This document shows, one piece after another, positions 63,406 through 64,000 of a stretch of DNA of 64,000 nucleotides. Source of the stretch: Octopus sinensis (Eukaryota). Where the stretch lies: positions 153,388,001-153,452,000 of the forward strand of contig NC_042997.1 in the NCBI RefSeq assembly GCF_006345805.1. The letters are read 5' to 3'. How positions within the stretch are numbered: position 1 is the first letter of the stretch; each line of letters opens with the position of its first letter. A program made the position numbers and the translations under genes. A model generated the notes under the pieces. The model worked only from the letters and a program-made list of their open reading frames with translations. It had not been told where the DNA came from and searched no databases.

Positions 63406-63502
<97 letters not shown>
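63401..63502. repeat. (CT)n(CA)n compound microsatellite
   Basis: Read directly. Confidence 0.95.
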
Positions 63503-63503
<1 letters not shown>

Positions 63504-64000
63504 TTAACTGAACAACAAGCTATAACTTGAGTTTAAAATCTCAAATATTTTTTACTTCACACGCCATTACTCACTTGTTTTGTTACAATGCAATTCTCTC
63601 ATATTAATAACTATTACTCAGTTATGAGTTGTACATGGGATTTTACCTGGTTGGTGCAATGGGCAGCTTTTATTGCTAATTAGCTCGAGGTAAGCCTTGA
63701 GCGAGCAAACGTATACTCAAAGACATTCTAACCATGACAATCCCATCATTTTAAAATCATATAGAACTATATTATTCAATGTGACCATTCCTTATTTAAG
63801 ACAGTAAAGTGTGATTTGAGGAAATCTGGTTGCTATTTCTAGCAGTTGAAGAGGCCATGTAGAAGGCCCTCATTTGTGTCTATATAGCATGGAGCATTAC
63901 TACGATTATTCCCAAAATGATTTATGAACTTTAATTAAATCATATATGTCATAGCATGTAGAATATAATTAATGATTCTGCACAACCATTGTTTACAATT

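Overview
AT-rich animal genomic DNA. The tRNA-derived SINE families, (TA)n/(ATT)n microsatellite load and LINE content are what I associate with octopus or another coleoid cephalopod; this is inferred from recall, not from a search. Almost all recognisable coding sequence is transposon-derived: six R4/Dong-type RLE LINE insertions (one near full length), a CR1-type LINE with an 898-aa EN+RT ORF, RTE fragments, a complete but decayed mariner, a maT-like Tc1/mariner derivative, a 2.7-kb non-autonomous hAT with an 8-bp TSD and captured cargo, a Gypsy 5'LTR-PBS-gag relic and a probable solo LTR. Only one convincing host-gene exon candidate is visible (3133-3216, +), so the window is probably mostly a long intron or intergenic DNA. 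The most interesting signal is a short retroelement with a tRNA-like head, an (AAT)n spacer and a minimal Penelope-type hammerhead ribozyme. It occurs twice as an asymmetric head-to-head fold-back, each time bounded by its own 13-14 bp TSD, which suggests a SINE mobilised by Penelope-like (PLE) machinery. Three further asymmetric long palindromes beside (TA)n tracts and a second family of hammerhead relics fit the same picture. Two near-identical tandem duplications (about 1.1 and 1.7 kb) are bounded by (TA)n and may be real or assembly artefacts.
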